Source of the DNA: Octopus bimaculoides
Taxonomy: Eukaryota
Reading direction: 5' to 3'
Length of the DNA stretch: 59,475 nt
NCBI RefSeq assembly: GCF_001194135.2
Contig: NC_068984.1
Coordinates: 58,790,982-58,850,456 of the forward strand
The notes under the pieces are model-generated. The model was given only the letters and a program-made list of their open reading frames with translations, was not told the DNA's origin and did not search any database. The translations under genes and the position numbers were made by a program. This document shows positions 1-10,604 of this stretch, piece by piece; positions within the stretch are counted from its first letter, which is position 1; each line of letters starts with the position of its first letter.

Positions 1-130
1 GCCTCTTTTTTTCGAACCGCCAAGTTACAGGGGCATAATCGCATCAACATTAGTTATCAGGCGATGGTGGGGTGACATACAGACACATAAATACATACAT
101 TCGTATGTATATGCGTGCGTGTATGTGCTT
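1..130 (-). mobile_element. SINE family A (octopus tRNA-derived SINE), partial
   Basis: ttttcgaaccgccaagttacagggg...tatcaggcgatggtgggg matches the body of the full copies at 14451-14828 and 23303-23700 in minus orientation. Confidence 0.75.
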
Positions 131-159
131 ACATGTGTACCTACCTACCTCTCTCTCTC

Positions 160-191
<32 letters not shown>

Positions 192-205
192 TATACATAT
201 ATTAT

Positions 206-346
206 ATAAATTGTAACTGCAAAAAATAACAACAAAAACACAAAGGATTCTGCGGTACACGTGTTTCAAGCTTTATATCAGTGTATAACACGTGTACCGC
301 AGAATCCTTTGTGTTTTTGTTGTTATTTTTTGCAGTTACAATTTAT
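206..346. repeat. Perfect inverted repeat with 60-bp arms and a 21-bp spacer
   Basis: 206-265 is the exact reverse complement of 287-346 (checked base by base). Confidence 0.95.
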
Positions 347-649
347 TCTTTCACCTCAACCACAAGCTGGCATACACAGGTGCTTACAATTGTCAAGTAT
401 TGCCTCTAACTTATATATATTATATATATATATATACATATGTGATAATATACAGTAAAACCATATAACCGGAGGAGAGCTTACTCTACAAGTAGAGAAG
501 TGGATAAATATAAACAGACCTCGTAACGATACCAGCTACCAAATGGTTTAACTGCGAATTGGGGCCCCAAGTGACCTTTGTAAAATCATTGGGGAGAATC
601 CCGAGCCTATTATCGAGGTCTATTTATATTTATATATATATCGTATATT

Positions 650-1100
650 TATAAAGAGGGCAAATTTAGCCTTTTTTCCCGTAGATTGAAAAAAAAAAGA
701 TGAACTTTAATCGATTTCCGAACATTACTGGGTTCTCATCAGAGGCGTAGTGGTTCAAACATGAAAAATAGAACTTATGTTGAGTCAGTCTCAATAAGTA
801 TAGATTTATTGATCGGAGAAAGTTACATAGTGACTGAAGGTTCGAGAGTTTCGTGCAGAGACACTTATCAAACTAATTAAATCAACGTTTTCTATATAAA
901 ACGAAAAAGCAGGACAGTATCGGAAACAGATATGACCCAGATACTATTTTATATATAGGCAGGAAGACTTTTGATTAATAATATGACAGAATTAAGGCAA
1001 GATAAAAAAATGAAAGGCGTCAATATATAAGGCGTTCTGCCTAAACTAAGTCTTTAAGATACGATTTGTTAGTAGTAACGCTAAAAGGAAACTATTTCCT
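650..1100 (-). mobile_element. Possible Penelope-like or other unclassified repeat fragment
   Basis: CpG-retaining sequence with a CTGATGA-stem-GAAA motif on the minus strand at 709-742; no RT or GIY-YIG ORF recovered. Confidence 0.25.
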
Positions 1101-1690
1101 AGGGAACTCAAGCAGATAGAGAGGAATTAAGATTTAATGAAAAGGTGAATCAAGACTAAAGTTGGAGTTGAAAAAAAAGGCACTTACCCAGGCACTGGTA
1201 AAGCAAATAATAGTATCGAATATTGAATGGTCGTTTTGTATTGAAAGAATTTTGAAGGGGTTTTATTTTTAGACTGGGGTCAAACGGTCGAATCCATTCA
1301 ACAATGTTTTAAGTCTTCAGCAACACCAATTACAAAGAACTTGGGAATGGTACTAAAAGATGGAGAGAAGTATTGACAGACAGAAACTGGGTGGGAGCTG
1401 TCTTCAATAATTCAAGTAATGCTATACATTCAAAATTAACCATATATGCTGGTTTTGTTGTCGTTATTGTTGCTGCTACTGTTGTTATTGTCACTTACTT
1501 TTTTGTATTTTGACGCTACTTGCCTTCAGAAGTTAGTGGTCCTAAACTCCCTAGGGAATTTTATGCTAGCTTCATCACTTTTATTTATTTATATATTTAT
1601 TTTTTTCTTTGTTTTGAAACGAGATCAAACTTAACCATTTTATACCGATAGGTTTTAGACACTTTTTTCTGCAACTGGTAAGATTATGTA

Positions 1691-1773
1691 GGGGGTGCAA
1701 ATTTTGATCTTGCACCCCCTGAAAATTCTAGGGAGTGCGGGTGCACCCGCTGCACCCCCTGTTCCCAGGGCCC
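1691..1773. mobile_element. GC-rich MITE end (hAT-like) with small hairpins
   Basis: gggggtgcaa/ttgcaccccc 10-bp stem, perfect palindrome gcgggtgcacccgc (1737-1750), terminus cagggccct. Confidence 0.45.
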
Positions 1774-1828
1774 TTGACTGCATGAGTCATGTTTCTTCTT
1801 CTTCTTCTTCTTTATCAAAATTTAAATG

Positions 1829-1834
1829 TTTATT
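1829..1834 (-). terminator. Candidate polyadenylation signal AATAAA of the minus-strand gene
   Basis: tttatt on plus at the end of a repeat-free AT-rich stretch of about 550 bp following the candidate last exon; lies at the CpG transition. Confidence 0.4.
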
Positions 1835-2317
1835 GGACTTCATCTTAATATTGTTAGCTGAATTATAAACTCTTCGTCACCAATAAATGGATTTACATTT
1901 ATTAAATAAGCTCATGACAGTAAGTCAGTGAGTGTGTAAGTTCAAAATCCCAGACATCAGTAAAAATTGGCTATCACAGTTCACTAATAATATCCAAAGG
2001 GTACAGCATAAAATATATAATAAAAACAAACCTGTTCCTGACATAAAACTGGCAGTCACCTTAAACAGTCCTAACCACATGCAAGCAATACCACAACAAT
2101 ATTAGCATAACAATGACTGAGTAGATAGATAAAGTGTGCAGATGTTGACTAGATACATTTACATATTAACAATAGCATACTATAAATATAGCAATTTGTA
2201 TGTCTCTTCAGACTGCCTGGTAGCAGTTGCTAAATAAAGTTATCAAAGAAGAAAATGAATGGAAGAAAAAAAGGTATTTATGTGAAAATTATATTCTTTC
2301 CCCAAAATAGCTTATTT

Positions 2318-2397
2318 TCAAAAACCCATGAAGGAAATAATCTTCATTTTTTTAAATAAATTCACATAGTTACTGCCACCAGTCTGTCCAAATATAC
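2318..2397 (-). CDS. Candidate terminal coding exon of an unidentified minus-strand gene; frame unresolved (YIWTDWWQ* ending 2370, IFGQTGGSNYVNLFKKMKIISFMGF* ending 2318, or VYLDRLVAVTM*)
   Basis: Acceptor gtgcttttgtag|G at 2398-2399, followed by a unique 3'UTR-like tract and AATAAA. Confidence 0.4.
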
Positions 2398-2502
2398 CTA
2401 CAAAAGCACACACATCTACATCGCAACTGGCACACAGATACATACACAACAATGCATTCAAGAAAATATACTAACAGAAAGGCATGCACCCCCCCCCCCC
2501 AC

Positions 2503-2512
2503 NNNNNNNNNN
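2503..2512. other. Assembly gap (10 N) inside a poly-C run
   Basis: N run. Confidence 1.
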
Positions 2513-3274
2513 CCCCCACACACACACACACAGAGCCATCAAACAATTCAAGTGTAAATATAAACACACAAATGTACACACACACACACACACACACGCA
2601 CACACATCTCAATAGACATATAGGCATGTACAAACATCAAAACATATAAGTGAACAGGTACAGAAATACCACAAACATAACACTGAATGAAAATGCAGGC
2701 TCAAAAATTTAAATAGTGTAAATCAATCTGCTTTTATTCTTTCTTTTTAAAGAAACAATATATAAAGTTGAAATAGGGAACATTAACCAAAAAGTCTTGT
2801 TATGGTGAAACTAGTAGTTGTAATGCAACTACAAAAATCACATACAAACACATATTTAATTTTGCCATTTATTATTTAAAATCATCTATATATATATATG
2901 AGACAGCATTTGTGTGTGTGTGTGTTCCTTATGGATTCAAAAACTGAGTTGCCAATTTTGACATATGATGTATCAAAAGATTCAGTAAACTTTCAGCTGC
3001 CAAATAAAGTATGTTCTTTGCACAACAACTCTTTTTTACTACAAAAATAACCCCGGAAATGAGTTTGGGTTACACAATTTTGTGGTCTTTAACTAAGGGA
3101 GACAACTCTGCCTGAACAATTTTTATGTCTTAGATAGAACGTAATGAGAAAATGGTTAAAATACAAGGAGTTTTACCAGAGAATGAAACTTCAAAGATAT
3201 TGAACTGCTAACTTTGAGACATAGTGGGACAGAATACTCTATTTAACAACAAATATAAACACACACACATATTA

Positions 3275-3425
3275 GGTGCAAGAATGACTGTATGGTTGAG
3301 AAGCTTGCTTCCCAACCACATGGTTTCATGTTCAGTCCCTCTGCATAGTGCCTTTGGCAAGTGTTTTCTACTATAGTTTTAGGCCAACCATATACTTGTA
3401 ACTGAATTTGGTAAACGGAAACTGC
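3275..3425 (+). mobile_element. SINE family A, 5' part
   Basis: Decayed tRNA-like head: gaagcttgcttcccaaccacatggtttcatgttcagtccc. Confidence 0.75.
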
Positions 3426-3998
3426 AGTGTTTTTCATCAGAAAATGAGTGAAAATCATGTTTATAAAGAATAAAGAAGAGTTGTTTGCTTCATATTTCTC
3501 GTGTGCCAATTCTGCCCATAAGAAAGGAACAAATAATACAATGTGGCTGTATGTCATAACAGCTGGGCAACGTCAGGGTGCATTGCTAGTCTACAGCAAA
3601 CTAAATAATATGCTATGTTTACAGCATCAGTTTCTACAAAATTGACTTAAAATAATCATTATCATCATCCTGACCACATTCAGTCAAACCAACATTATTA
3701 ATAAATTCTAATTATGATAATGCATCACTATGTAGTATTTTAGATACTTTTACATAAAATATTTCAGTATCAAGTGATGTCATTTTAAAGCCCATCTTAA
3801 AATATGTGCAGTTGTTTTGTTACATTTTCCCAAAAATAATGTCTTGAGGCCCATGGCCTGAAACCAATTTAAATTTTGGGTTAAACAGAAAATGCCATGA
3901 TCTTTGATTACTCTATACACTCATGAACACTTTCCTCTCAATATTTAAATATATTGTTTCATCTGTAGTTAATACTCTTGATAAATATGATATAGAGT

Positions 3999-4002
<4 letters not shown>

Positions 4003-4053
<51 letters not shown>
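4003..4053. repeat. (TA)n microsatellite
   Basis: About 25 TA units. Confidence 0.95.
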
Positions 4054-4054
<1 letters not shown>

Positions 4055-4150
4055 GACAGGCTTCTTTCAGTTTCTGTCTTCCAAATCCACTTGCAGGGCT
4101 TTGGTTGGCCTGAGGCTATAGTAGAAGACACTTGCTCAAGGTGCCATGTT
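4050..4150 (-). mobile_element. SINE family A fragment
   Basis: acgacaggcttctttcagtttctgtcttccaaatccact...gtagaagacacttgctcaaggtgcca. Confidence 0.75.
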
Positions 4151-4544
4151 GTTTTTTTCAATTATCTGAAATTTAGAAATCACTTCAAGCTGTTGTATGC
4201 ATTCAGTGCTTGCACTAATCTTTGAATCACTTAATTGGAGTTATTCTGATGCTTTTATACAATGCCCAGATGATTGCATGTTATATATGTATCTCATTTG
4301 AAAATTATCATTGTCTTCATTCATCCCTTTTAGGTACAATATTATTTTCAAATTCACAAAAACAAGCTGACGTGCATAATTTCTAGAAATAACTTTATAT
4401 TGATTGAATCAGATTTTGATGTAACAATAACCTGACCCTTTCAACAAATAATTTCATTTGGGTCAAACTAAGAATATTATCACAGATCTTAATATACTGT
4501 AATTCATTTCTTCAGTTTCTAAAGATTCTACCATTACCTTTTTA

Positions 4545-5340
4545 TCATTTTTTTTTTACATGTTTCAGCCATTTGACTGTGGCCATGCTGGGGCACAACC
4601 TTGAAGAATTTTTATTCAAATGAATCAGCCCCAGTATTTTGTTTTTGTTTTAAGTCTAGTACTTACTCTATTGATCTCTTTTGCTGAACACCTAAGTTAC
4701 AGGGACATAAACATACCAACACCAGTTGTCAAGCAGTGGTGGGGACAAGCACAGACACAAAGATACATACACTCACACACATAGGTGTGGCTGTGTGGTA
4801 AGATGTTTGCTTTCCAATCACATGGTTCCAGGTTCAGTGCAACTGCATGGCACCTTGGGCAAGTGTTTTCTACTCTAGCCTCAGGCTGACCAAAGGTAGA
4901 CAGACAGAAACAGAAAGAAGCCCGTTGTGTGTGTGTGTGTGTGTGTGTGTGTNNNNNNNNNNNNNNNNNNNNNNNNNNNNNNNNNNNNNNNNNNNNNNNN
5001 NNNNNNNNNNNNNNNNNNNNNNNNNNNNNNNNNNNNNNNNNNNNNNNNNNNNGATGGCAACTGGTACTGGTGTGTTTACATCTTTGTAACTTATCAGTTT
5101 GGTGAAAAGATTAAAAAAAAAGTCCTGGGGTTGAGTTGTTCGACTAAAACTCTTCAAGGTGGTACTCCAGCATGGCTACAGTCAACTGACTGAAACAAGT
5201 AAAAGAATAAATGAATAAAAGTATATACACATGATCATTTTCTTTCAGTTTCCATCTACCAAATCCACTCACAAGGCCTTGGTTGGCCCAAGGCTAAAGT
5301 AGAAGACATTTGCCCAATGTCCATGTAGTTGGGAAGCTTC
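4545..5340 (-). mobile_element. SINE family A split in two (4545-4782 and 5225-5340) by an opposite-strand copy
   Basis: The two halves are colinear with the minus-strand consensus and are interrupted at the central (CA)n tract. Confidence 0.75.
4783..5215 (+). mobile_element. SINE family A, near full length, nested (contains the 100-N gap 4953-5052)
   Basis: Head ggtgtggctgtgtggtaag with B-box-like ggttcagtgc; tail gactgaaacaagtaaaagaataaa. Confidence 0.85.
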
Positions 5341-5694
5341 CTTTTTTTTGTAAAGTTACCATACTTACTTTTAAAATAACGACAAACCTGTTATTTGTAT
5401 CATTAGCATCCAGAAGATTTCTCCTTCCTGCTGTTGCAGCCAAGCATTTCAGCTAAGCCTTTGTCCTATCTGGGTTACTGAGTGGAAGTTCATTGTTATT
5501 AACCTGCGATGACAATATTGTGTCATACTGAGTTTAATTAAGTAAAGCTGTAGTCACACACAAACCAGAAGCTTTATTTAAGTGAATAGCTAAGCCACAT
5601 TAAGTAGTCTTCGGTACATGCAAGCATGCAAAACGCAGGCAACACTGCAATAATACTAGCCTAACAATAAAATCACACAGTTTATGGTACCTTT

Positions 5695-6105
5695 ATCTTT
5701 TATTGTTTATTTATGTCAGTCATTGCACTGTGGCCATGCTGGGGGTTTTAACTAGACAAATTGATCCTAGTACTAATATTTTTAAAGTCTTGTACTTATA
5801 TTATCAGTGTCTTTTGTTGAACTGCTAAGTTATAGGGATGTTAAACAACCAAAATCTATTGTCAAGTGATGGCGTGTGTATGGGGGGGGGGTTGAGAACA
5901 AACACAAATACACACACACATATATATATATAGACATACATTTATGACAGGTTTTTTTCAGTTGCTGTCTCTTAAGCCAACTCTCAATGATTTGGTTTGG
6001 TCTGAGGTTATTGTAGAAGACACTTGCCCCAGATACCATGCAATGGGACTGAACCCAAAACCATGTGGTTGGGAAGCAAACTACTTGCTGTATATCCATG
6101 CCTGC
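5695..6105 (-). mobile_element. SINE family A, near full length
   Basis: Colinear with 23303-23700. Confidence 0.8.
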
Positions 6106-6174
6106 ACCAACTTGCATTATAGTGAGGGATATAACTCATTATATCATTGTGAGGGATATAACACATATATTTAT

Positions 6175-6578
6175 ATTGTTGGGCATCACAGAGGGGATGA
6201 CAAGGGACAAAAACTTCTGGTGGTTTGATGTGCTTGAGAAGACACATCAAGGAAAGTAAAATCCTGGGTGTCCTTGTATACAAGCATTTTACTTACATCC
6301 TTCTTCAGCTGATCATGGGTACTTATGTCACATAAAAAAATCCATGCAGATGCCATGTGAACGCACCCATGCCAGTACTGCATAAAAGTACCCAATACAC
6401 TCTGTAAAGTGATTGATGTTAGGAAAGGCATTCAACCATAGAAACCATACCAAAACAGACATGGAGCCCAAACAGCTCTTCAGCTGGTCAGCTCCTGTCA
6501 AACTGTTCAACCCATGCCAGCATAGTAAAAGGATGTCAAATGATGATGATGTTGATGATGATGATGATGATGATGATA
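6175..6578 (+). mobile_element. SINE family B (GAT-tailed, shares its 3' end with an RTE LINE)
   Basis: gatgttaggaaaggcattc...aacccatgccagcat...aaatgatgatgat tail. Confidence 0.8.
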
Positions 6579-7405
6579 ATTGTTAGGGTAAGTTATTTCA
6601 CTTGGATGGTTAGAAATACTTAAAACTTTAAATATGAAAGACAAGAAATTCAAAATGTATAAAAGTATGTTTAAGAGGATAGAAAGCAAAGCGGAGTGAA
6701 CTGAAGGAAGAAGAGTATTAATGTTGTTGATGTGAGTTGTTTAAAAAGACTTTAAGAAATATATTTAAAAAATAGAGGACACGGTATATAAAAGCACAAA
6801 AAATATGGCTAAGTGCTGAGAGGGTAAATTTATTTATAAAAGGAAAATTAAAAATCAGGAGCAGATGTAATTGGTTAAGGTTAAAGGGGTAATTAGAGAG
6901 ATTATGAATGTTTCTGATGAGCTATCCTGCTCTATAGAAATAAGCCTGAGAAGATAAAGAATTGAAAATGTCATAGAGTATCATCATGTTATCATCATCA
7001 TGGTGATCCTTGTTATTGCAGTCGTAATCATTGCTGTCGTCATTGTCATCATTAACAGCAGCAGCAGTAGCAGTAATAGTTTTGCATCCACTTTTCCACA
7101 GAGGAATGAGTTGGATAAGTCTTCTAAGAGAGTGTTTCAGGACCAGATGCCCTTCTGGATACCAGTCCTTTCAGTCCTTTAGTAACAGCTAAGAATCAAA
7201 GAGCAGCAAGAAAGGACATTTTTGACACAGTGAGTATATGATTCAAAATAGTTCTAATAGTTGGCCATTTAGTCTGACCACCTAGAAAATACCACTGTAC
7301 ATTGAAGTGACCAGCTTCTGAAACAGATCAGAAATTGGATGCACTGAAGACTACCACCAAGTGCTTGAGGTTGACTTTATCAAAAGCATTATGTTGATCT
7401 AAATA

Positions 7406-8282
7406 CAAGGTGGTGTCAAAAAGTTCCTGGACTAGTTCTGTAGTGTACCAACAGATGCAGCACATGGTTGTGTGCACAGCGACAGTTAGTAGTGACTTTC
7501 ATGAGGCAGTGTGCCAAGTGAAATCACTGTATTTACTGTGCAAGTTGTGAAATTTGTGTTTTTGTGGTCACATGTATGCTGTAGTCTGTAATTTTTGTCA
7601 TGGACAGGAAGCTGGAACAAAAAGCCAATGTGAAATTTTGCATTAAACTTGGGAAGTCTGCTACAGAGACACTGAGCATGCTTCAGCAAGCATACGGTGA
7701 CAAGGCAATGGGTCATATGCAATGTTCCAAGTGACACAAGTGCTTCAAAAGCAGAAGAATGTTCCTGGAAGACGATGAGCAATTTGGAAGACCTGCCATG
7801 AGTGTCACACCTGCAAATTTGGAGAAAATTCATCAGCTTGTGCATGAGGATTGTCACAAGACAATCAACAACGTTTTGAAGCATTTGAGGGTGGACATTT
7901 GGTGAAAGTGACCAGATCTGTGAATTCTTCATGACAACAATGCACCCTGTTACTGAGCTCTCCTCACTCGTGAATTTCTCACCGGAAACATGATCTCGCT
8001 TTCACATCCATACTATTCACCAGATTTAGCACCTGTGGACTTCTATCTCTTCCCCAAAATGAAAATGTAACTCAAAGGTCATCATTTTAACATGATTGTC
8101 AAGATAAAGAGTGAATCACACACGTCCTCATTTCACTTACAGAAAATGACTTCCAGGCCAGATTCCAAAAGTGGCAGGAACACTGAGACTGGTTTATTCA
8201 GATAAGATAGTGTTAAAACTTAGGTAAATAAGTTATTTTTTATTAATAATAATTAAGCCTGGAACTTTCTGATACCACCTCA
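7406..8282 (+). mobile_element. Internally deleted mariner (Tc1/mariner) element with both TIRs; transposase pseudogene
   Basis: TA+caaggtggtgtcaaaaagttcctgg ... cctggaactttctgataccacctca. Translation gives ELEQKANVKFCIKLGKSATETLSMLQQAYG (N-terminal HTH), LHDNNAP and YSPDLAPVDFYLFPKMK, with stops and frameshifts. Confidence 0.9.
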
Positions 8283-9239
8283 TGAATTAGAATCCTACCC
8301 CTAAAGCTAGCTGTATTACTTGTTTCTGCAATAAATTGCATGAAGTAGAGTTCTTACTGGATATATCTGCCAGCTGTTGTGCAGGTTTCCATATTTCCAG
8401 TTACACTACAACAAATGCAGTTGTGTGGTTGGTAGGGTAATCAAATCAAGTCATTCAGGTCACTAATGATTGGAGAAAGGTCCACATGTCACAACTTCCC
8501 CCTTTCTAAACATCATCAGAGTCATGCTAACATAAGAAATCAATAATAGAAGACAAAAACAAAGCTGATTGGGGCTAAATATAAAACATAAAATAGTCAA
8601 GATAAAGAATATATAAATAGTTGGATACGTGAAGAATATATAAATAGACAACAGAAGTATATATAGATTGTAGAGTGATTAGAATGAAAAAAATATATAA
8701 TGTTACTAGCAGATTATTGGTGTTCATGCTGACAGTAACTGTCTTAAAACAATTTCTTGGATTAGTTAACAAACGTTTTGGAGTGTTTTTGCTTGTTTGT
8801 GTCTTCTTTGTTTCTACTTTACTTTCCTTAATGAATAACTGTTTGCCTTAGTGAATATTTTCACTATTTTTTTTTAATCACTAGTCTTGTTTTCCTATTC
8901 TGAGCAGAAACAAATGAAAACTCTAGCAATCTTTCTTATTTCTTTGTACTTCTTACACATTTTATTTCTTTCTTGCTTAAGTAATACTGTGAGGTGTATT
9001 TGTATGAATGAAATCCACATCATTAACTTGTCACTCTGAACCAGATCCTAAGTATCATAATGGGACTTTAGGTCCAACAACCCATAAAGCTGGCTGACAT
9101 GAACTTGCTTCTTTTGGTACTGAGTTGCAAGCCCATTGATATGTCTCTGTTTTCATGCTCCCTATATATATTTGATTGGAAGAAAAGTTATAAAAGTGAC
9201 TCAAGGGTTATGAGTTTCGTGCACAACACTTATTATGTA

Positions 9240-9245
9240 TGTATG

Positions 9246-9279
<34 letters not shown>

Positions 9280-9280
9280 C
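9240..9280. repeat. (TATG)/(TATC)n microsatellite
   Basis: Direct reading. Confidence 0.9.
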
Positions 9281-9359
9281 AAATATATGTGTGTGTACAT
9301 ATATATGTGTGTGAGCATATATATGTGTGTATAAATATGTGTATGTTTATATATTTATT

Positions 9360-9677
9360 TATTTATGGGTTTCAGCCAAGTGGCTGTGGTCATGGTGGAG
9401 CACCACCGTGATTTTCTGTCTTTATGCTTTGCTCTCTTCACGTTCCTTGCATGGCTCTTCTCCTGCACCTGGTATAGTCCAATCAAGAGTTTTGATGGCA
9501 CATCTGGTGTATAAGAGAATTTGACATCGAGTCGAACAAATCGATCCCAGAACTTATTCTTTGTAAGTCTAGTACTTATTCTATCGGTATCTTTTGCTGA
9601 ACCACTAAATTATGGGGATGTAAACACACTAACATCAGTTGACAAGCAATGGTAGGGAGACAAACACTGACACACAA

Positions 9678-9721
<44 letters not shown>

Positions 9722-9785
9722 GATGGGCTTCTTCCTGTTTCTATCTACAAAATCCACTCACAAGGCCTTGGTCAGCTCGAGGCTG
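9360..9785 (-). mobile_element. SINE family A carrying a foreign insert of about 115 bp (9400-9520)
   Basis: The consensus ggagcaccacc...gtcgaacaaatcgatcccag is interrupted by non-SINE sequence. Confidence 0.75.
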
Positions 9786-10115
9786 ACCCCTGACTGGCTC
9801 CCATGCCGGTGACATATAGGATGCACCATCTGAAAGTGGTTGATGCCAGTTCCCCCTGACTGGCTCCCGTGCCAGTGGCACATAAAAAGCACCATCCGAA
9901 TGTGCTCAATGCTAGGCCTGCTTGACTGGCTCCTGTGCTGGTGGCAAATAAAAAGCACCCACAACACTCTAGGAGTGGTTGACGTTAGGAAGGGCATCCA
10001 GCTGTAGAAATATTGCCAGATCAGATTGGAGCCTGGTGCAGCTGCTGGCTTTCCAGCCCTCAGTCAAACAGTCCAACCCATGCCAGCATGGAAATGGACG
10101 ATGAGGATGATGATG
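9785..10115 (+). mobile_element. SINE family B
   Basis: Internal ctgactggctccc repeats; ggagtggttgacgttaggaagggcatccagctgtagaaa; GAT tail. Confidence 0.85.
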
Positions 10116-10544
10116 AAATCATTCTTAAAATCTGGGAAGTTAGTCAAAGATTGCTATTTTCTTTTATTTTTGATATGGTCAGTAGATAATAATGTGGTGC
10201 ACCAGGAAAAGGAATTAGGTACTGATTAAAATATGATGAATATTCTGTCATCAGTAAAGGAAAATAAAAAATACTAGATTAATAATGGGTGCTGATGAAG
10301 TAATTTAATGATCTTCAGAAAGTCATGAACATTACTCTATCATATTCACTGAAATCTATGAATCCTAAAGTTGGAAGTCAATAAAAATAAAAATAAAAAT
10401 AAACCTTATTAAAAATTTGTCCACATCTAAAATGAAATCATGGTTGAAATACCACAAAAATGCAAATGCTTGAAAAATTACTGTTTTATGATGAACAGAT
10501 AAAACTCAAAATGGTAAATAATGTTTGTTTCTTGTTTGTTTGTT

Positions 10545-10604
10545 NNNNNNNNNNNNNNNNNNNNNNNNNNNNNNNNNNNNNNNNNNNNNNNNNNNNNNNN
10601 NNNN
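10545..10604. other. Assembly gap (60 N)
   Basis: N run. Confidence 1.

Noticed and set aside
5369-5660. Minus-strand donor gtaagt at 5368 and acceptors at 5503 and 5661
   Set aside because: Every acceptor-donor combination I tried contains stops; only a short terminal reading (ASIIAVLPAFCMLACTEDYLMWLSYSLK*) remains and it is unsupported
6912-6975. Second CTGATGA...GAAA motif
   Set aside because: Helices I-III cannot be formed
7486-7932. 148-aa minus-strand ORF
   Set aside because: Antisense frame of the mariner pseudogene
10233-10296. C/D-box snoRNA-like ATGATGA...CTGA spacing
   Set aside because: No terminal stem, no recognisable rRNA antisense element, and opposite strand to the inferred host gene
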